A stretch of 64,000 nt of DNA from Tubiluchus corallicola (GCA_030141605.1 JAQGDQ010000349.1:1-64000); one strand, 5' to 3'. Counted from the first letter of the stretch, positions 33,601 through 47,715 are shown. Notes: generated by a model not told the origin, from the letters alone. Program-made: numbers and translations.

Positions 33601-36550
33601 CTTCTCCAGGTAATCACTCACGAGGAAGCAGAACACCGCGGTCTCGTTTACGACTCCGAAGGTATCACCTACCTTTTCGACCTCGATTTTAACGTCGACG
33701 ATTGTCCGTACACGGTCGATGCCGGCGTTTATGGGAATGTAGCTCATTTTATGAATCATTCGGTGAGTTAGAATTTTGTTCTGTCAATACCTGCAACTAA
33801 CCACTGTAACTATTGTAAAACGAGATGAACATACACTTTTGTAGGGCGAGATTTGTGCGGCTAGGCTTGTATGCTGTTAGTATGCGTCTTCCTAAGAAGT
33901 AAAACTTCGTGCATCGTGCAAACAAAAGGATGAGGTGGACAATGGTCTAGCTGAAAAAAAATGTCCATCTTGTAACATCTTCTCCAACCATTCTTGCTGT
34001 ATTATTATCATCCAAGATATCTTGTGTGCCGTTGTCATAGACCTGTTTCTCAACCGTAACTTTTGCAATACTCTAATGTCTGTAGATTGGTTGGAAAGCT
34101 TTTACTTTTGAGGATAACAAACGTTGCGAAAATTTAACAGATATGCTTCAGTAGTTACATACGCCAGCATTTACTACAAATTGTTGTTTAATGGCATCGC
34201 TTTTAGCAAATGACGCTTCTTTTTGCCGGTACTGTAGTTGCATTAACTTTTAGGTGAGACGTTATTTCATACAAATCTCTACTGTACTAAGTTAGTTTCC
34301 ATATTAAGTAAATTGCACCATTTGAATATATAAAACTAAATACTTTATTATAAGTCCTAGCAAATTTACTCAGAAAGTTTTCATATCAAATTAAATAATA
34401 TGTGAATTAAATATACTTATGAGTTCTGTTTTTAATACTATTTTTGGTCTGTGGAATTGTGCATAACTGAAGTATCAGTAAGATTGGTTAGCTTAGTTAT
34501 TTTGATTACCTATAATCTGTGTTTTAAGTTTTAACAATTTTTTGAAGCTGAGCTATTTCTGAATATGGATTTTATAAAAGATTTAAAATAATTAGCTTTA
34601 GTGATTACACTAAATAGTTACATTAAATTATTATAAGCGAGTTTATTAGTAGGAAAAAGCTATATTGATATAAAAGTGAAGAAGAGGTAAAAATTCATTT
34701 ATTTACTTTGTTTGTTTATTCACCCGAATTGAATCTAACCGTGTTTGATCTATATCTGTATATACAGAGATTCTCAATACAGGGATATGTAAAGCTTTTT
34801 TGCGGGTCAGGTTGCTTTATTATGCAGAGGCACATTTTTTGTTTTTTCCTTATTTCTAAATTAATGGAAGCAGTTGCAGCAATTTTTTGATGCCACAGCA
34901 GGAAGCGCAGACAGAGAAACGAAACCATAAATATGTGCAGAAAGATTACAAAGTATATGTGTCTGGACTCTGGGTCGTGGAGTGTGGAAACTCCAGTGAT
35001 TTTTTGTCAGTGGAAGTGACAGAAAAAATTCTTCATATAAAAATTGTTTGTTGTTGCTTTTACCAAATGTTGATTTTTGTGTAATTCATATCCACTGAGT
35101 TAGTTCACTTCTGTTTACTATTTAGTTCTTACTGTCACTTTTTCAGTGCGATCCTAATTTGGTCGTTTACTCAGTTTGGATTGATAATTTGGATCCCCGT
35201 TTGCCAAGGCTTGCTTTCTTTGCGACCAGGGACATCCGGCGAGGCGAGGAACTGACCTTTGATTACATGATGACTGGAGCAACGGGTGAGTGTCCGCTGA
35301 TGATGAGCCGATGTAATCTCCATGGTAGAGAAAGAGCAGGAGAAGATGTGGAGGCGAGAGAGCTGTGGAAGGCAGAGTAGAATGCAATTTCTAGGACATG
35401 GAGCTCTTTTGCACATTCATCCCAGTGTTATGCCCATAATGGAACATTTCTGTTTTCCAGTTACTACATAGAATAACATTTTCTTAACTACATTAAACTA
35501 TACTAAAAGCTATTTTTTAAACATTCAGGTTTTGCACTTACTTTTACAGTTTGGTTGCAGTTTTTGTTGTCGCGCTGTAATAGATTTAGTTTGACCTTGC
35601 CTATGCAGATTTGAATTGCAAATATTTTATTCCTGAAGAGTGCACCGTAGTATTTTTATACCTTGCTAAATGTCTGCTATATGAGTTTGGTAAGCTCTTA
35701 AGTACTAACCACTGCTTACAGGTTTTCAAATCTGGAAAATGGACGTGCCATCTGTAGTGGAGTATTTTTGACTAGTAAAAAATGTGGAATATTTATGCGA
35801 ATATTTGCATGTAATTGTTATCTGCTGAGGATAATCTTTTGTCTTTTGTGAACGTAGTCTGTAAAAAATTTCCTTATTTCTGTTGTTTTAGAAATGGAGC
35901 AATCTGGAACTGTGTCGGACAGATCATCAATGTTAAGTGAGTCAGCACCTGCCGAGTCTCGGTCTTGTACAAAAAGTTCAACATATGTTCCGTCTGTCTC
36001 AGCGAATTCTGTTGAGGACAGTTCGCCAAGCTTAGCATCTGACGCTCCTTGTTCTGCTGGACTCACTCCAACGGAAGGAGCATCGCAGTGTGGCAGGGAA
36101 ACACCGAGCAAATTGAATCTGAATATGGCTCAAGTTGGCAAAAAAGAGAAGAAACAGTGCTCTATAATAGACTGGCTGAATAACCCTGTTGGGAAACTTG
36201 TCAGTGAAGACGGTAAAAGGCAGGATGCAACAAATTCTGTGCAAGAGAAGTATTTGTCGCCATTAAAGGCAACTAAGAATGGGAAACTGTTTGTGGAGAT
36301 GACGACAGAGGGTGTTCTATCGGCTTTACAGACATTGTCGGCATCGCTGTTGACATCTCCGCTGAAGTTTGGCTCACAAATGTCGAATGATGTGAAATCA
36401 TCGGTTGTAGCACCGAATGATCCTAAGAACGACCTTCATGCATTTGACATAGTTTCATCGCCTAGAATGCGTAAACGTATTCCGTATGCTAATCGCGAAC
36501 GCATCGCTTGCTTGTGCAAGTCTGCCAACTGCAGAAAGTTCTTGTACTGA
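26057..36550 (+). CDS. Suv39h: Histone H3K9 methyltransferase Suv39h / Su(var)3-9 (chromo, pre-SET, SET, post-SET), 614 aa
   Basis: Exons 26057-26174 ([19 protein letters not shown]), 26369-26430 (YDVEQILDY), 27907-27989 (YFVKWAGW...WEPKENL), 29987-30075, 31193-31734 (pre-SET Cys cluster, RGWGV), 33610-33762 (YLFDLD...HFMNHS), 35147-35285 (CDPN...ELTFDY), 35892-36550 ([13 protein letters not shown]). All phases join; total 1845 nt. Confidence 0.95.
26994..27532 (+). mobile_element. Kolobok-like non-autonomous DNA element, copy 1
   Basis: Flanked by TTAA with short imperfect TIRs; diverged homolog of 29378-29860 and 58650-59270, both in the opposite orientation. Confidence 0.65.
29378..29860 (-). 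mobile_element. Kolobok-like element, copy 2
   Basis: Ends ...TTGTTTTGAGCTATAGCTTAAAATTGGGTCTGCTTTTCCTTTAA, the reverse complement of the copy 1 start. Confidence 0.65.
31193..31734 (+). CDS. Suv39h: Suv39h pre-SET / SET-N exon
   Basis: [13 protein letters not shown]...GCECADC...CCP...[23 protein letters not shown]...GWGVKT...FVMEYVGE|gtaata. Confidence 0.95.
35892..36550 (+). CDS. Suv39h: Suv39h terminal exon: long Ser-rich insertion plus post-SET
   Basis: ttttag| acceptor in phase 1; open for 219 codons ending [16 protein letters not shown]. Confidence 0.9.
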
Positions 36551-37211
36551 GTCAACCGATGCCGAAATTTTTGCAATCGTTATCATTTTTATTTAATCGT
36601 GTTTGCGATGGCTTTTTGTTAACTGCTCTTCTTCGAAGATCAATGTATAGCCTAACCCGAAGTTGATGAAATCATGGGGAAATCGTTGTTTCTTAAATTG
36701 TCTTGTGTTTGCAGTGGTTTGCGGTAGTTTTGCTTTGAGAATCTTGTTACCAGATTGATTAGTTGCTGTCAAAGTAGTTATAATTAATTATGTTAATTAG
36801 CCGATTTTTTGACAATAGCTTTTTTAGAGCAAGATATTTTACCACTTCAACGAAGCCTTCATTTCACTTGCCGAGTTTTAAGTGCCTCTTACTGTACTAG
36901 CGAATATCTCTGTCAAAAGTATCCTTCTGAATGAGTGATATTTACGCCTATCTTTCTTGTTAATTGTAATATGTTTATTTACGCGAAGCTTTTACTTGCA
37001 GTATTGCAGATACTAAATCAATTTTGATCACAGAATCGTTTTAAGCTTTTTAAGTTATTATTTTTTAAATTCGTAATTCATATTCGTTTTTGTCTCCTTG
37101 TTACTGCCCCATTTAAATAATCCGGCTGTTCTTGTGCCTTCTCTTTTTAAAAGCTTCGTTAAAGAAACTCCTGTCATTGGGTGTTGGATTTCTCTTGAAA
37201 TTCTGCTGGAT

Positions 37212-37275
37212 TATTGGGACCACTAAGGCTCTTTAGAATTTAGTGTATTGGGACCACTAAGGCTCTTTAGAATTT
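37212..37275. repeat. 30-bp direct duplication in the putative Suv39h 3' UTR
   Basis: TATTGGGACCACTAAGGCTCTTTAGAATTT occurs twice with a period of 34 bp. Confidence 0.9.
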
Positions 37276-40235
37276 TATACTTTTTGACCTCAGTTTTTTG
37301 TATTGTGTCATATGGTGTCTATGCCATTTAATGCTTTAATGTTACAGCAGCATGAAATTCAAGCCTCAAAAAGCACATGATAAAGCATCTAGGAAATAAG
37401 GAATATCTGCCTTATGTGTTGTGTAAGTATTTGCTTTTAATTCATGCCAAAAACTGACCAAATGTATCTAATCTTGCTAAATATTTGCTTGGAAATTGCG
37501 CACAAATCTTTAGCCATTGTGCAGTTGATTTTTTTTGTGTAATATCAATTGTGTGGTTATGTATATTGTATTGTTTCTGTTATACATGTATTATGATGTG
37601 TGACATGGTTATGCTTCAGCAATGCTTACTTTAGCATACTACAGCATTTGTTTTCTATTATTTAATACTAGCTTATATCTTTTTCATATTTTTTTGAAGA
37701 TTCAGGGGCTTTGATTTGTTGTTTTTGCTTTTTGCCTATGACAGCTTTGCAGAAATGGTCAAATTTTTGATAGTGATAGTTGCACTTTTGAGGACGTTTG
37801 AACAACTAGGACTGGAGCATGATTGCTTTCCAGTTCTGCATTTAAAATGCAGATGTGTAGGGAACATAGCGCAGGAAATACACCCTTCTTTTTTTATATG
37901 CTTGTTGCTGGGGTTTTGAGAGGCGATATAGGAATAATTTTAATGATTCAGTTGACACTCGCTGCTTTTAAACAACCGTTGGTTATACACGTCATGCTTG
38001 TTGAATTGCCGTATAGGCTTAAAATACCTGTGGTTTTTTAACCATGTTTTACATTTTGAAAGCTTTGCTTACTTCTATTTAAGGATTTTGCTTAGTTTTT
38101 CGTTGAGTTCTCGAGTTCGTAGTTCCTGGAACGTACATAATTTTGTTTACGCTAGAAACTTCAGAAGTTTGAGTAGCATTTAGAATAGACTTGCTTGTTC
38201 CGTTTCAGGATTAGTGCGGTTTAAAATATTTTGTTTTTCTTTTGTATTTTATTTTTGATGGAGTATGTGAAATCCTACAGTGTTTATCTATTTCTTTTTT
38301 TACAGTTCTATGAGAACATTTTTGGCAATGAACGTCATTTTGAACGTTGCTGTAATATTTGTTAACAATAGAAAGAGTCCGTTGAATGGAAAACTGGGCA
38401 CATGTTTACTTTTGGTGTTCAGTATATTGTGATCTGGCATTTATAAATTTAATTTGCACATTTCAGCACTCTGCTAGCCAGTACTTTTAATGTGCATGTT
38501 TGCGGCGGGACTGGAATGTAGTTTATTATCAAGAACAGTCCTTTGAAAGAGCTAAAATAGATGCTTAAAGGACAAATACAGCGTAGTTTGTGAAATTTCA
38601 GTTTTGCACAAAAACAGAATGAAAATGCTCTAACTAAGATTTTCTGATACTTTTAACTTTTTCTTGGTGCTTTTATGAGAGAAAATCGGGTGTGGAGATA
38701 TCATTTTCAAAGGAAGTCTGAAATTTTATTTCACCAGTTTTGTTCGTTAGATGACGCCAGGAAAATATCAGTTCTTAGTTACGGCAGCGTTTGCGTTTGA
38801 TTATAACGTGTTACATTTCACTGTGTAGCATTGTTTACAAATTGAGCGTCACAGAAACGACGCGGTATCCAAGAAGGTCGTTGATTGCGCATTTGTTTAG
38901 CCTACGATTTTCTGAAACTTTACGAGCAAAATGTTTTGGGGGGGGGAAAATGCAGCTTCGAGGCTCGATTTCATTACGAAGGAAGCCATAAAATTTAATG
39001 CAATTAGCGTCAAATTTTAAGTAACCCTTAACTATTTACAGAAAACTTGTTTTTACTTTAGATTTGACCTTAATAATCAGCTTGGATGCACATATACTTT
39101 GAGTGTCACGCATTCAGTTATTACCTGGGCAAAACATTGCTTAACTTTGGTCATTATCGCACACAATGCCAATTCAATATACCTTTCCTCCTAAAACTTC
39201 AAAAGGAGACCCAAAGAGAAAAACGTTTATATAGTATGCGATAAAATGCAGTTGTTTTGCTTATTGTTAAATTTCTTTAGCATGATAGTATATTTCTCTA
39301 CTAGGAGTAGAGTACATGAATTCCAGTTTATAAAACCAGATTTTCAGTGATTCTTTAGAACAACTGGAGACAATTTCTTTTTCACATTATGAGAAAAAAT
39401 TGGATTTGTGTGAAAAACATGTAATCATTGCCAAAGACAAAGATACAGCATTTAAATAAAAGTGTTCTAGTGGTCATCAATGGAGCGTGATGTGGCCAGC
39501 AATAGATATATATACTGTGTTGTAAATTAACTCAAAATAAAAAAGTTTATATTTAAGTAAAATGATTTTAGTTAGGGAGGAAGCCAGGAATGATGTGTAC
39601 TTTGCATGGGGTTCCAATGAATGTTGCAGTAGGTATAAACCCAGTTGAAGATAATCAGTATGTGAAAACCCGAATTGTGGCGACAGTTAAGTAGTATCAA
39701 GCCTAAAGTAAATGAGAGGGTATGCCTTACCCTTTCCACAGCTACATGTATAATACGAATGCTACATGTATGTAAATATTATGTTATTAGAGGCAGATGT
39801 TTAAGGCTGAATGTGGTTAAGACTTATAACTGTTCAGTATTTCACCTGATACATTTGATGCTATGATGAGAAGCTTTGTTCCAATCCTGTTACATCCATT
39901 GAACCCCAAAATGAAGGCAGTTAATGAATGAATGAATTGATAAATCAAATATTGTTTGGGTGCGGTCATCAAAGTTCAGTTTTCATTTGCACTGTGAAGT
40001 TTTATAAGTATTATAATGTGGTAGATGACGTGAAGCTTATGGATTTATTTAATTTTTTATTTGAATTTCATTAAATTCATTTAATTTAATTTTAGTTTAG
40101 TTTTAACACACTTGTTTTTTTGCTGTCATTTGTACATATTTTTTGTAATGTTTATTTTTGAAGTAAACAGCCAGCATACTATGTTTCCCACTGCCAATTT
40201 ATTTTGATTTAGTTAACTGTTTGTGTACCTTTATA

Positions 40236-40726
40236 AATAAAACGTTGAAATGTTTTTATATTACCAAATTAGATTGCAGTTCATTTCTTTCTGAATTTTT
40301 GCCCTGACGGGTCTCGTCAGCTGAAAATTACTGATAACATGTAACAGTAACACATTACAGGCACTTATATTTTTGCTCAATATTTATAAATCCCGAAATT
40401 TTTTCAAATCTCAGGTTAGCAGCATAAGTTTGTTCACGTGTGTATGTAAATTAATTATTTTTACTTTCTTTGATTAAGCTTTTATTCTGGTAAACATCAA
40501 CTCATAGTGCCCGATTTTTTCTTTCTATGCAGTCGTTTTTACTCTCCTCTAACTTAAGTTTTAAATCGGCGATTTTAGGTTATATTTTTGCTTTTAATTT
40601 TTACTTGTACATATTTTTTTAACACTTTCTTTGTAATTTTCATCTGATGAGGTCCGTTAGGGCGAAAACTGCCAAAATCAATCATTAATCCATTTTGAGA
40701 CTATAAAATGTACAGAACATTTTATT
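40236..40726. mobile_element. Diverged inverted repeat pair carrying hammerhead-like cores (Penelope-like remnant)
   Basis: + strand CTGATGAGGTCCGTTAGGGCGAAA at 40644; - strand CTGACGAGACCCGTCAGGGCAAAA at 40320-40297; the flanks are homologous. Confidence 0.5.
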
Positions 40727-41593
40727 CGTGTTAAAAGTTACATGTCCCAGGAGAACTCTCACACGTTTGTACATATTTTCTGGCCTTGTTATGTTATCCA
40801 ATTCAAATAACACAACAGGCAATTTTTTCAGTCTGTCGGTTTGGAATTGTTTGCTTTAATGGCTTGATTCTGTTGCCTTCACAGGTGTAGTAAGCATAAA
40901 TGAGTTGTTATATTCACCTAATAAAATTAATTACATTAATAAGAATGCAGTCGTTTGTTTTATTGTTCAATTTAGTTTTTTAACAATAGTATGATTTTAT
41001 TTTTGTCATAATAACCTGCCATTGTACTTGTAAATTTAGACAAAACTGTGGTTTAATTTGAAATTAAAACGACATCAATCTGTAGTTTTTTATGTAGGCC
41101 TATTGGAAGGAGATTACAGTTTAAATACCCAACCGGAACCCTAATCCGCTTCACGAACCAATTTCTTGTGTGTGGGGGAATTGTAAATTCTAGCTGTTTT
41201 TTCGATATTTTTGTCAACATTTTGCAGATACAAAAGAAGAAAAATGAGGCCCTCCCCACACTGTTACAAGCTATTGTGTGTATTTTTTGCAAAATCTTTA
41301 AACTAAAAATTAACAAACGCAAGCATTCTTGCACTTCTGACGCGTTTCTTCACCTAATACTAGATTAAATGCCGTTTTCACCTAGGCGTATTTCTACTTT
41401 TAGCCTACGAGCTTTACTCAAATTGGATTTTTGTAAATCTGACTTTGTGTCTCAAAAGAGCTTGTTTGTAAACAGTTTGTAAATGTTGTTTGATGAATAA
41501 AGGCTACATGCAGGTGTGCCACATCAAGGATCTTTGCTTCTGTTGCCATTCTTAGTAATGCCGCATCCAACTCTGTGAATTCGTACTTAGGCC

Positions 41594-41638
41594 TAGTATT
41601 AGTATTAGTATTATTAATACTAGTAATGTAGTAGCAGT

Positions 41639-41670
<32 letters not shown>

Positions 41671-41755
41671 TAGTAGTAGCAGCAGCAGCAGCAGTAGTAG
41701 CAGCAGTAGTAGTAGTAGTAGTTGCAGCAGTAGTAGTAGTAGTAGCAGCAGCAGC

Positions 41756-41805
<50 letters not shown>

Positions 41806-42121
41806 CAGTAGTAGTAGCAGTAGTAGTAGTAGTTGCAGCAGTAGTAGTAGCAGCAGCAGTAGTAGTAGTAGTTGTAGTAGTAGTAGTAGCAGTAGTAGTA
41901 GTACTAGTTGCAGCAGTAGTAGTAGTAGTAGTAGTAGTAGTAGCAGCAGTAGTAATAGTAGTTGCAGCCGTAGTAGTAGCAGTAGTAGTAGTAGTATAGT
42001 AGTAGTAGCAGTAGTAGTAGTAGTAGTAGTTGCAGCAGTAGTAGCAGTAGCAGCAGTAGCAGCAGTAGTAGCAGTAGTAGTAGTAGTAGCAGTAGTAGTA
42101 GTAGTATTAGTAGTATATTAG
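41594..42121. repeat. (TAG/CAG)n trinucleotide array
   Basis: Direct reading. Confidence 0.95.
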
Positions 42122-45100
42122 TTCCAGCCCAGTTTGATTATTGTTTTCTGCTAGCGTTTTTGTGCTTGATCTGTTTATCTCTTTTTTCATTTCCGAACCA
42201 AAATTGTGTGCTTTAGATGGAGACCTGTAAAGCAGCAAAGATGTACTCTGAAGCCAAACAAGACTACTAGGGTGGAGATAAGAGAGTGGAAGAGGGTGGA
42301 GGGAGAGAAATTCTTGTCGTATTTAATGTCAAAAAATTATTTAATTTATTTAATGGCTTTTGTACGAAATTAAATAAGGTCTTCCTGCATTAAAGGTTTG
42401 CGCGTGGCATTATGAGGATATGACTTTTTACGTCTACATGTAGTTAATGTGTGTTTTTAATAGAAACTACTAAAAGTACTAATTAATTCTAGAGGTTTTG
42501 GGGCAAGAATCGGCTAACACAAACTAGGAAACAACCTATTGGTTTGTAAAAAATGTCTGGCCCGATGTCAAAAACTAGTGGATTGGTGAAAAATTACACT
42601 TCGCAGCTTCAGTTTCGCATCGTCTTGTTTCTTTTGGGACAACTACCAGATCGGCGGTTGTCGCTATAGGAGACTAAGCGACTTTTATAGTCTTTTCGCT
42701 ATCCTTTCTCTAGTTTTATAACTATTGTAACAATTCTTGACGACTTAGTTATTGATTCTGTTATTACTGATGTTCTATTATAGTGTTAAGAGATAAATAA
42801 ATTAAAAAGTTGAAAAAATGAAGTAAAATTGGCCATTCATGTTGTTATAATACTGTTTTTGTATGTTTCTGTATAGATGGCAGCACATTGATTAAATTTT
42901 GTCTGACCTCTGTAAAATATTAACTATATAAGAGACAAAACAAATAGGTTAGCCTTATTGTTGATCTATGAAAAATTGTTGGTAATTTATAAACCGTAAT
43001 ATTTTAATTTACCATGTACTAGCAGTGCTGAATAAGTTTATTGTATGAATGTTTTTCCTACGGCGTTTCTTAAGAATTTGTACAAAAAAGAACATTGTAG
43101 CTCGTTTGTACGAATGTAGGCCTTATGTTCCCTAATTCTTAATTTTTATTGATTTTTGTTAACAACAAGTCTTTTCACAGTTCCAGCGATTGATGATGGT
43201 CGTAAAAAGGTCAAAACTGTGCCAGACAACGCATTTGTGTACATGTGACAACGCCGTAATAGTAACAAGTTTAACAGCTACTTAGAACCTCACCTAATTC
43301 ATTTTTTCGTGTTCCCAAGCAAGATCCTGCTAGTAAATTACTCTATGCGCAGACTAATGCATAATTAAATAGAGTCCACGTAAAACTGAAGTTGTTAAAC
43401 TCGTCTCGCAGACAGACAGCAACTGCGCGTGCGCACAATGAAAAGGCTTATTACGTAATAATATTGTATAGTTTTGTAAAAAAACGTTTTTGACATTCCT
43501 GAGTTATTGAAATAAAACCATGTGACTAATTTTGTGTTGTAGTAAGTTGTGTAATATGTATTAATACGTATAGTAAAGAAAACTACCAATAATATCAATT
43601 ACAAGATCTAAAAGATCTAATCAGGAGCATTAGATTTTTTCAGCTTTGTTTGGATTGAAGGGAATTCAAGTTGTACTAGTGGCCAGGCATCAGCTGTTTC
43701 TTCCCAATAAAATTTTGGTGGTTTTTCCTTGTTTTCAAAACTTTAATACATATTCCATGTTTTGTGTCTAATTGACCAATGGCCAGCCTTGATCAATGTT
43801 CTAATACTATAATGGTGATTACTTAAAAAAGCAAAAGTGTCATAATGTTCTTGGTTTCCTGACATGTTGTCAAGTTTTTCCATCCAAGACTCATTTTTCG
43901 GCATGAAGCTAATGCAGTCGTCATCGCGAGTGAAAATCTGTATTCACAGTTCACAATTTGGCCATTTTTCTCTGTGTGTTTATGAAGTTAGAGAGTTTTT
44001 AATTGTAAAACAATGGTTTTCATTGGTTTCATTTGTTTGTACGTATTGAGTATACCACGAGACGTCAACAAAAACCGTTAGAAAGTTTACCATTTGGTAG
44101 ACAGTTTTAGTTTGCTTTTAGACGACAAAAGTTGAATTCTGTCAACGTTGTAAAATACAATAATAACTACAATGTAATTAATGGGCGTAAATAATTTAAT
44201 TTTACGTACAATAATTTGATTTAACATCATAGATACAGTTACTAGGCTAATGTAACACCCATTAGGTATTGATTGTATTGGTGTATTGTTGCTAATCAAT
44301 TTTATGTACATACATTTTATAGATATGTTAAATGAATTAGATTCGTACACTAAAATGAATTCTTGATCTCCCGCCTTTCTTGCTTCAATGTGCTGATGAG
44401 CTTCCACTGGCTGTTAACTTGTGTCTACATGTCATTTATTACTTATTTTTCCATGAGGTGGCACCACAAGCTGAAGCTAGTTTGAGGGTCGTCCACTTCG
44501 TTCTTATACTATAAAAAATCAATAACAAAATTTCACAATCAAATAGTGATGTAATTAATAACTCGCAACGTTTTCAGCTTTGATGGAACTGCATTTAGCA
44601 TACATGCAAACAAACAAAAAATTGTAACTTCTGTACTCTGTGTCATTGTAAGCTATAATTTCGACATCTGTTTAATGCTATCAATTCTCCATGTGTACGG
44701 ATCTATTTGTATAATACGTTATTTTATGAAAATCTGGTGAGCAATTTGGGATAAACTGCATATCAAACGAACACTCTCGGTCTCCCACGGTCGCAGAGAG
44801 GGTTTACTTTTCAGTTTGGGACGTCGGAGAAACCGCGGGCAAAATACTTCCAAGAATGGGCGTTTTTGCTCCCGTTTTTTGCAAAATTATAAAACTGAGA
44901 TCTGTAGAATTGGAGCAAGTGAATGGGTGCTGTACAGTATATCATTAGAAAGAGCATTCAACGTGGAGTGTAATAGACGTAGCTTGGTTTCCTGGAACCA
45001 ACCATCCACCCACCAAAATTTTCGAAAAAAAAATACTCAAATAACCCTTAGAAAAAAATTGAAACAGTTTAAGTGAATTGGAAAAATAAGCTAACTCTCA

Positions 45101-45221
45101 GAAAAAGGAGAAAATGGTCGATAAAGTGCAAATATTTCGTTTAGAAAGGTGCCTGCATAACGGCATGGGGAGGGTTTGCGAAACGGCTGTGCGAAATATT
45201 ATTCAACAAGAACAACAATCA

Positions 45222-45495
45222 TAATGATGATGACGATGATGATGATAATGATGAAAATGATGAAACTATAACAGCGACTACGACTTATGACAGTGACGGA
45301 ACAACGATCATGATGATAAAATAGATGATAACAACAACGATGCACGACGGCACAGATGATGATGGCGATGACGATGGCAATTTTGTTGCAATGGTGACAA
45401 TGATGACAATAACGATAGTGATGATGATGACGATTTTGGTGCAATGATGACAATGGTGGTAATGATTAATGATGATGATGGTAATGACGACGATA
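45222..45495. repeat. Degenerate (GAT/GAC)n low-complexity tract
   Basis: Direct reading. Confidence 0.85.
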
Positions 45496-47715
45496 AGTTT
45501 ATAAGACTTTATGCCATATTTGAGCTTGTGTTGTCGGTCCTCCATAAGAACAGCACAGACGTATCCAGCAGCACAAAGCACTTTGCACCATCAAAAAGCT
45601 GTCGCATGTCTTAGTTTTACCACTATTACTTTATTCATATATTGCCTCCTTTAAGAGAATTACGTTTGCGTTTTAAACCAATTCTTCTTCTATTATGAGA
45701 TGAATGGCGAGCGTGTAAGTGACACTCTGCGTGGGCTGAGCGGTTCTTATTGAGACAAATCGATGTATAATAATCGTGTTCAGAAATAAATCCGCACTGA
45801 ACTAAGTTTATTGCCATTGAATTAATAATCCACTCCACATGACGTAAGCAATGAGAAAGTTAAACAGCACGGCACGCTTGTAGAGAAAAAGGATTTGGCA
45901 ACTATTAGGAATGTTTACAATGGAATCAGAAGGTTTGTCATTGTTTAGGGAATACGTGATTCTGGGATAGCTGAGGCAACCTCGTCACAAGTCAGTTAGG
46001 AAATTTCTCGAATGTGTGATGCAATATAACATAAAAAACTTCAGGTTTATTTTAGAAACTAGATCAGTATTTGCTTAATCGCTTGTCGTCCACGTGTACG
46101 TACATTTTGCTTGCACGTATTTGTCAAATGTGCAAACTTTAGTAACTTGGTAAGTTTCAATTGATGCAATTTCGTCGATCAGCTTTATTGTTCTGCAACA
46201 GCACTCTATTATGACGTCGCAATATTAAAAATCCCCACCCCACAACATACGACACACCCACACCAAGCCACAAAACAACATCAACAACAAACATTTTGCA
46301 CAATGTTGAAACTGCCTTAAATGACAAGTGCTAATAAGTCCTTCCGCGAACGGTCAATAATGCGCGAACATTAATTCTACATTACTCCAGAAATTATGGT
46401 AATAAGCCAAAAATGAACAGATACGATGGTTGCAGGTGCAAATTTTCGAAAAAATTAGAGTTTTTGCCTCTTATTGAATAAACGGCAGAGTTTTTTATTA
46501 CAAGAACCAGAAGGAATACCAAACCAACGCTATGGCGAAAAAAGCAGCTTTATAGAGTTTCTTCGCTAGCGAGTAACCCAAAAGCAACAATAAGGCATTC
46601 CAACAATCCAGCGTTCTTCCAGGAGAGCTTAACAGGTCGCCTTGATATGGTTTCAGAAATTAGTAGTTGCACGAATTTACACATATATCTGCCTGGGACA
46701 GGCAGTCTCAAGTTGGTTTTGTTCATTTTCTTTATTCAAAAAAATATTTAAAAGAGATAAAGTTTTTTTGGACATATAGGTGGCTTTATCAGCAAAAAGG
46801 CCCAAGACCTCACATGTCTAATTTTAAAAAGATGAATTGACAATAGACTTCTAAATTGGATGTTATTTTTCTGGTGACCTGTAGTGTATTCCAACTCTAT
46901 TCACAGAAGAAAAGCGAAATGTTAGCCATCAGGCACGTTGTTTACATTTCTGGGAGCTATAGTAAAACAAAATAATTCGACCAGATCTAATCGACTTCGA
47001 ATTTTTCTCACATCGGCCTTTCTTACAACTATTTGAGTTTTCTTCCACTAGTCTTGCTTTTTTCGAATTTTTTGTAACATGGCCTCCTTGTTATGGCATT
47101 TTTCGCCATTTTTGATAGTATGACATTATAATAATGATAAACTGTATCATTACGTATGAAATTTGAATGGATGTATTTAAGCACTTCTTGTGTGAAGCAC
47201 TATGACATGCCAGTGTTTTATACACTTCTTCAGCGGGCTAGGGCATTTTATATGTATAAAAATAAGAAATTCACGAAAACCTAACTAGACACCTACTTGT
47301 TCCAGGCTCTTCGATTATTTTTAAACTGATTTCAAAAATCAGAAAAATTTTAGGCACTATAATGCAGACCATAAATACAGGTCATTTTTAAACATGCGAT
47401 GTTGTCTGTAAAATTATCCTCTTTACCTACTAATATCGCCTTATTTGTAATTGTAGGTGCAGGACAGGTGAAAAACAGTTCAATAAGCTAGTATTAGATG
47501 ATAACCTGACAGTTTTATACTTCACATAGAATTAGAAAACTGTAATTTGTAGGGCAGCAGTGAGGACAGGCTTGCTTGTCTAAGCAGACAACTTTTCCCT
47601 AAGAAAGTGTTACGTCCACACATTATAAGCAATTCCAGGAGCAGTAATTCTTTATCTGTGTGCGCCACCCAGTTTTAAAAGTCTACTTACCGCATTATTG
47701 TGGTGGTCGACATTG

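Noticed and set aside
35286-35380. In-frame extension of the Suv39h SET exon (ECPLMMSRC...)
   Set aside because: It follows a strong donor G|GTGAGT and lacks the post-SET motif; an intron-retention isoform cannot be supported from sequence alone
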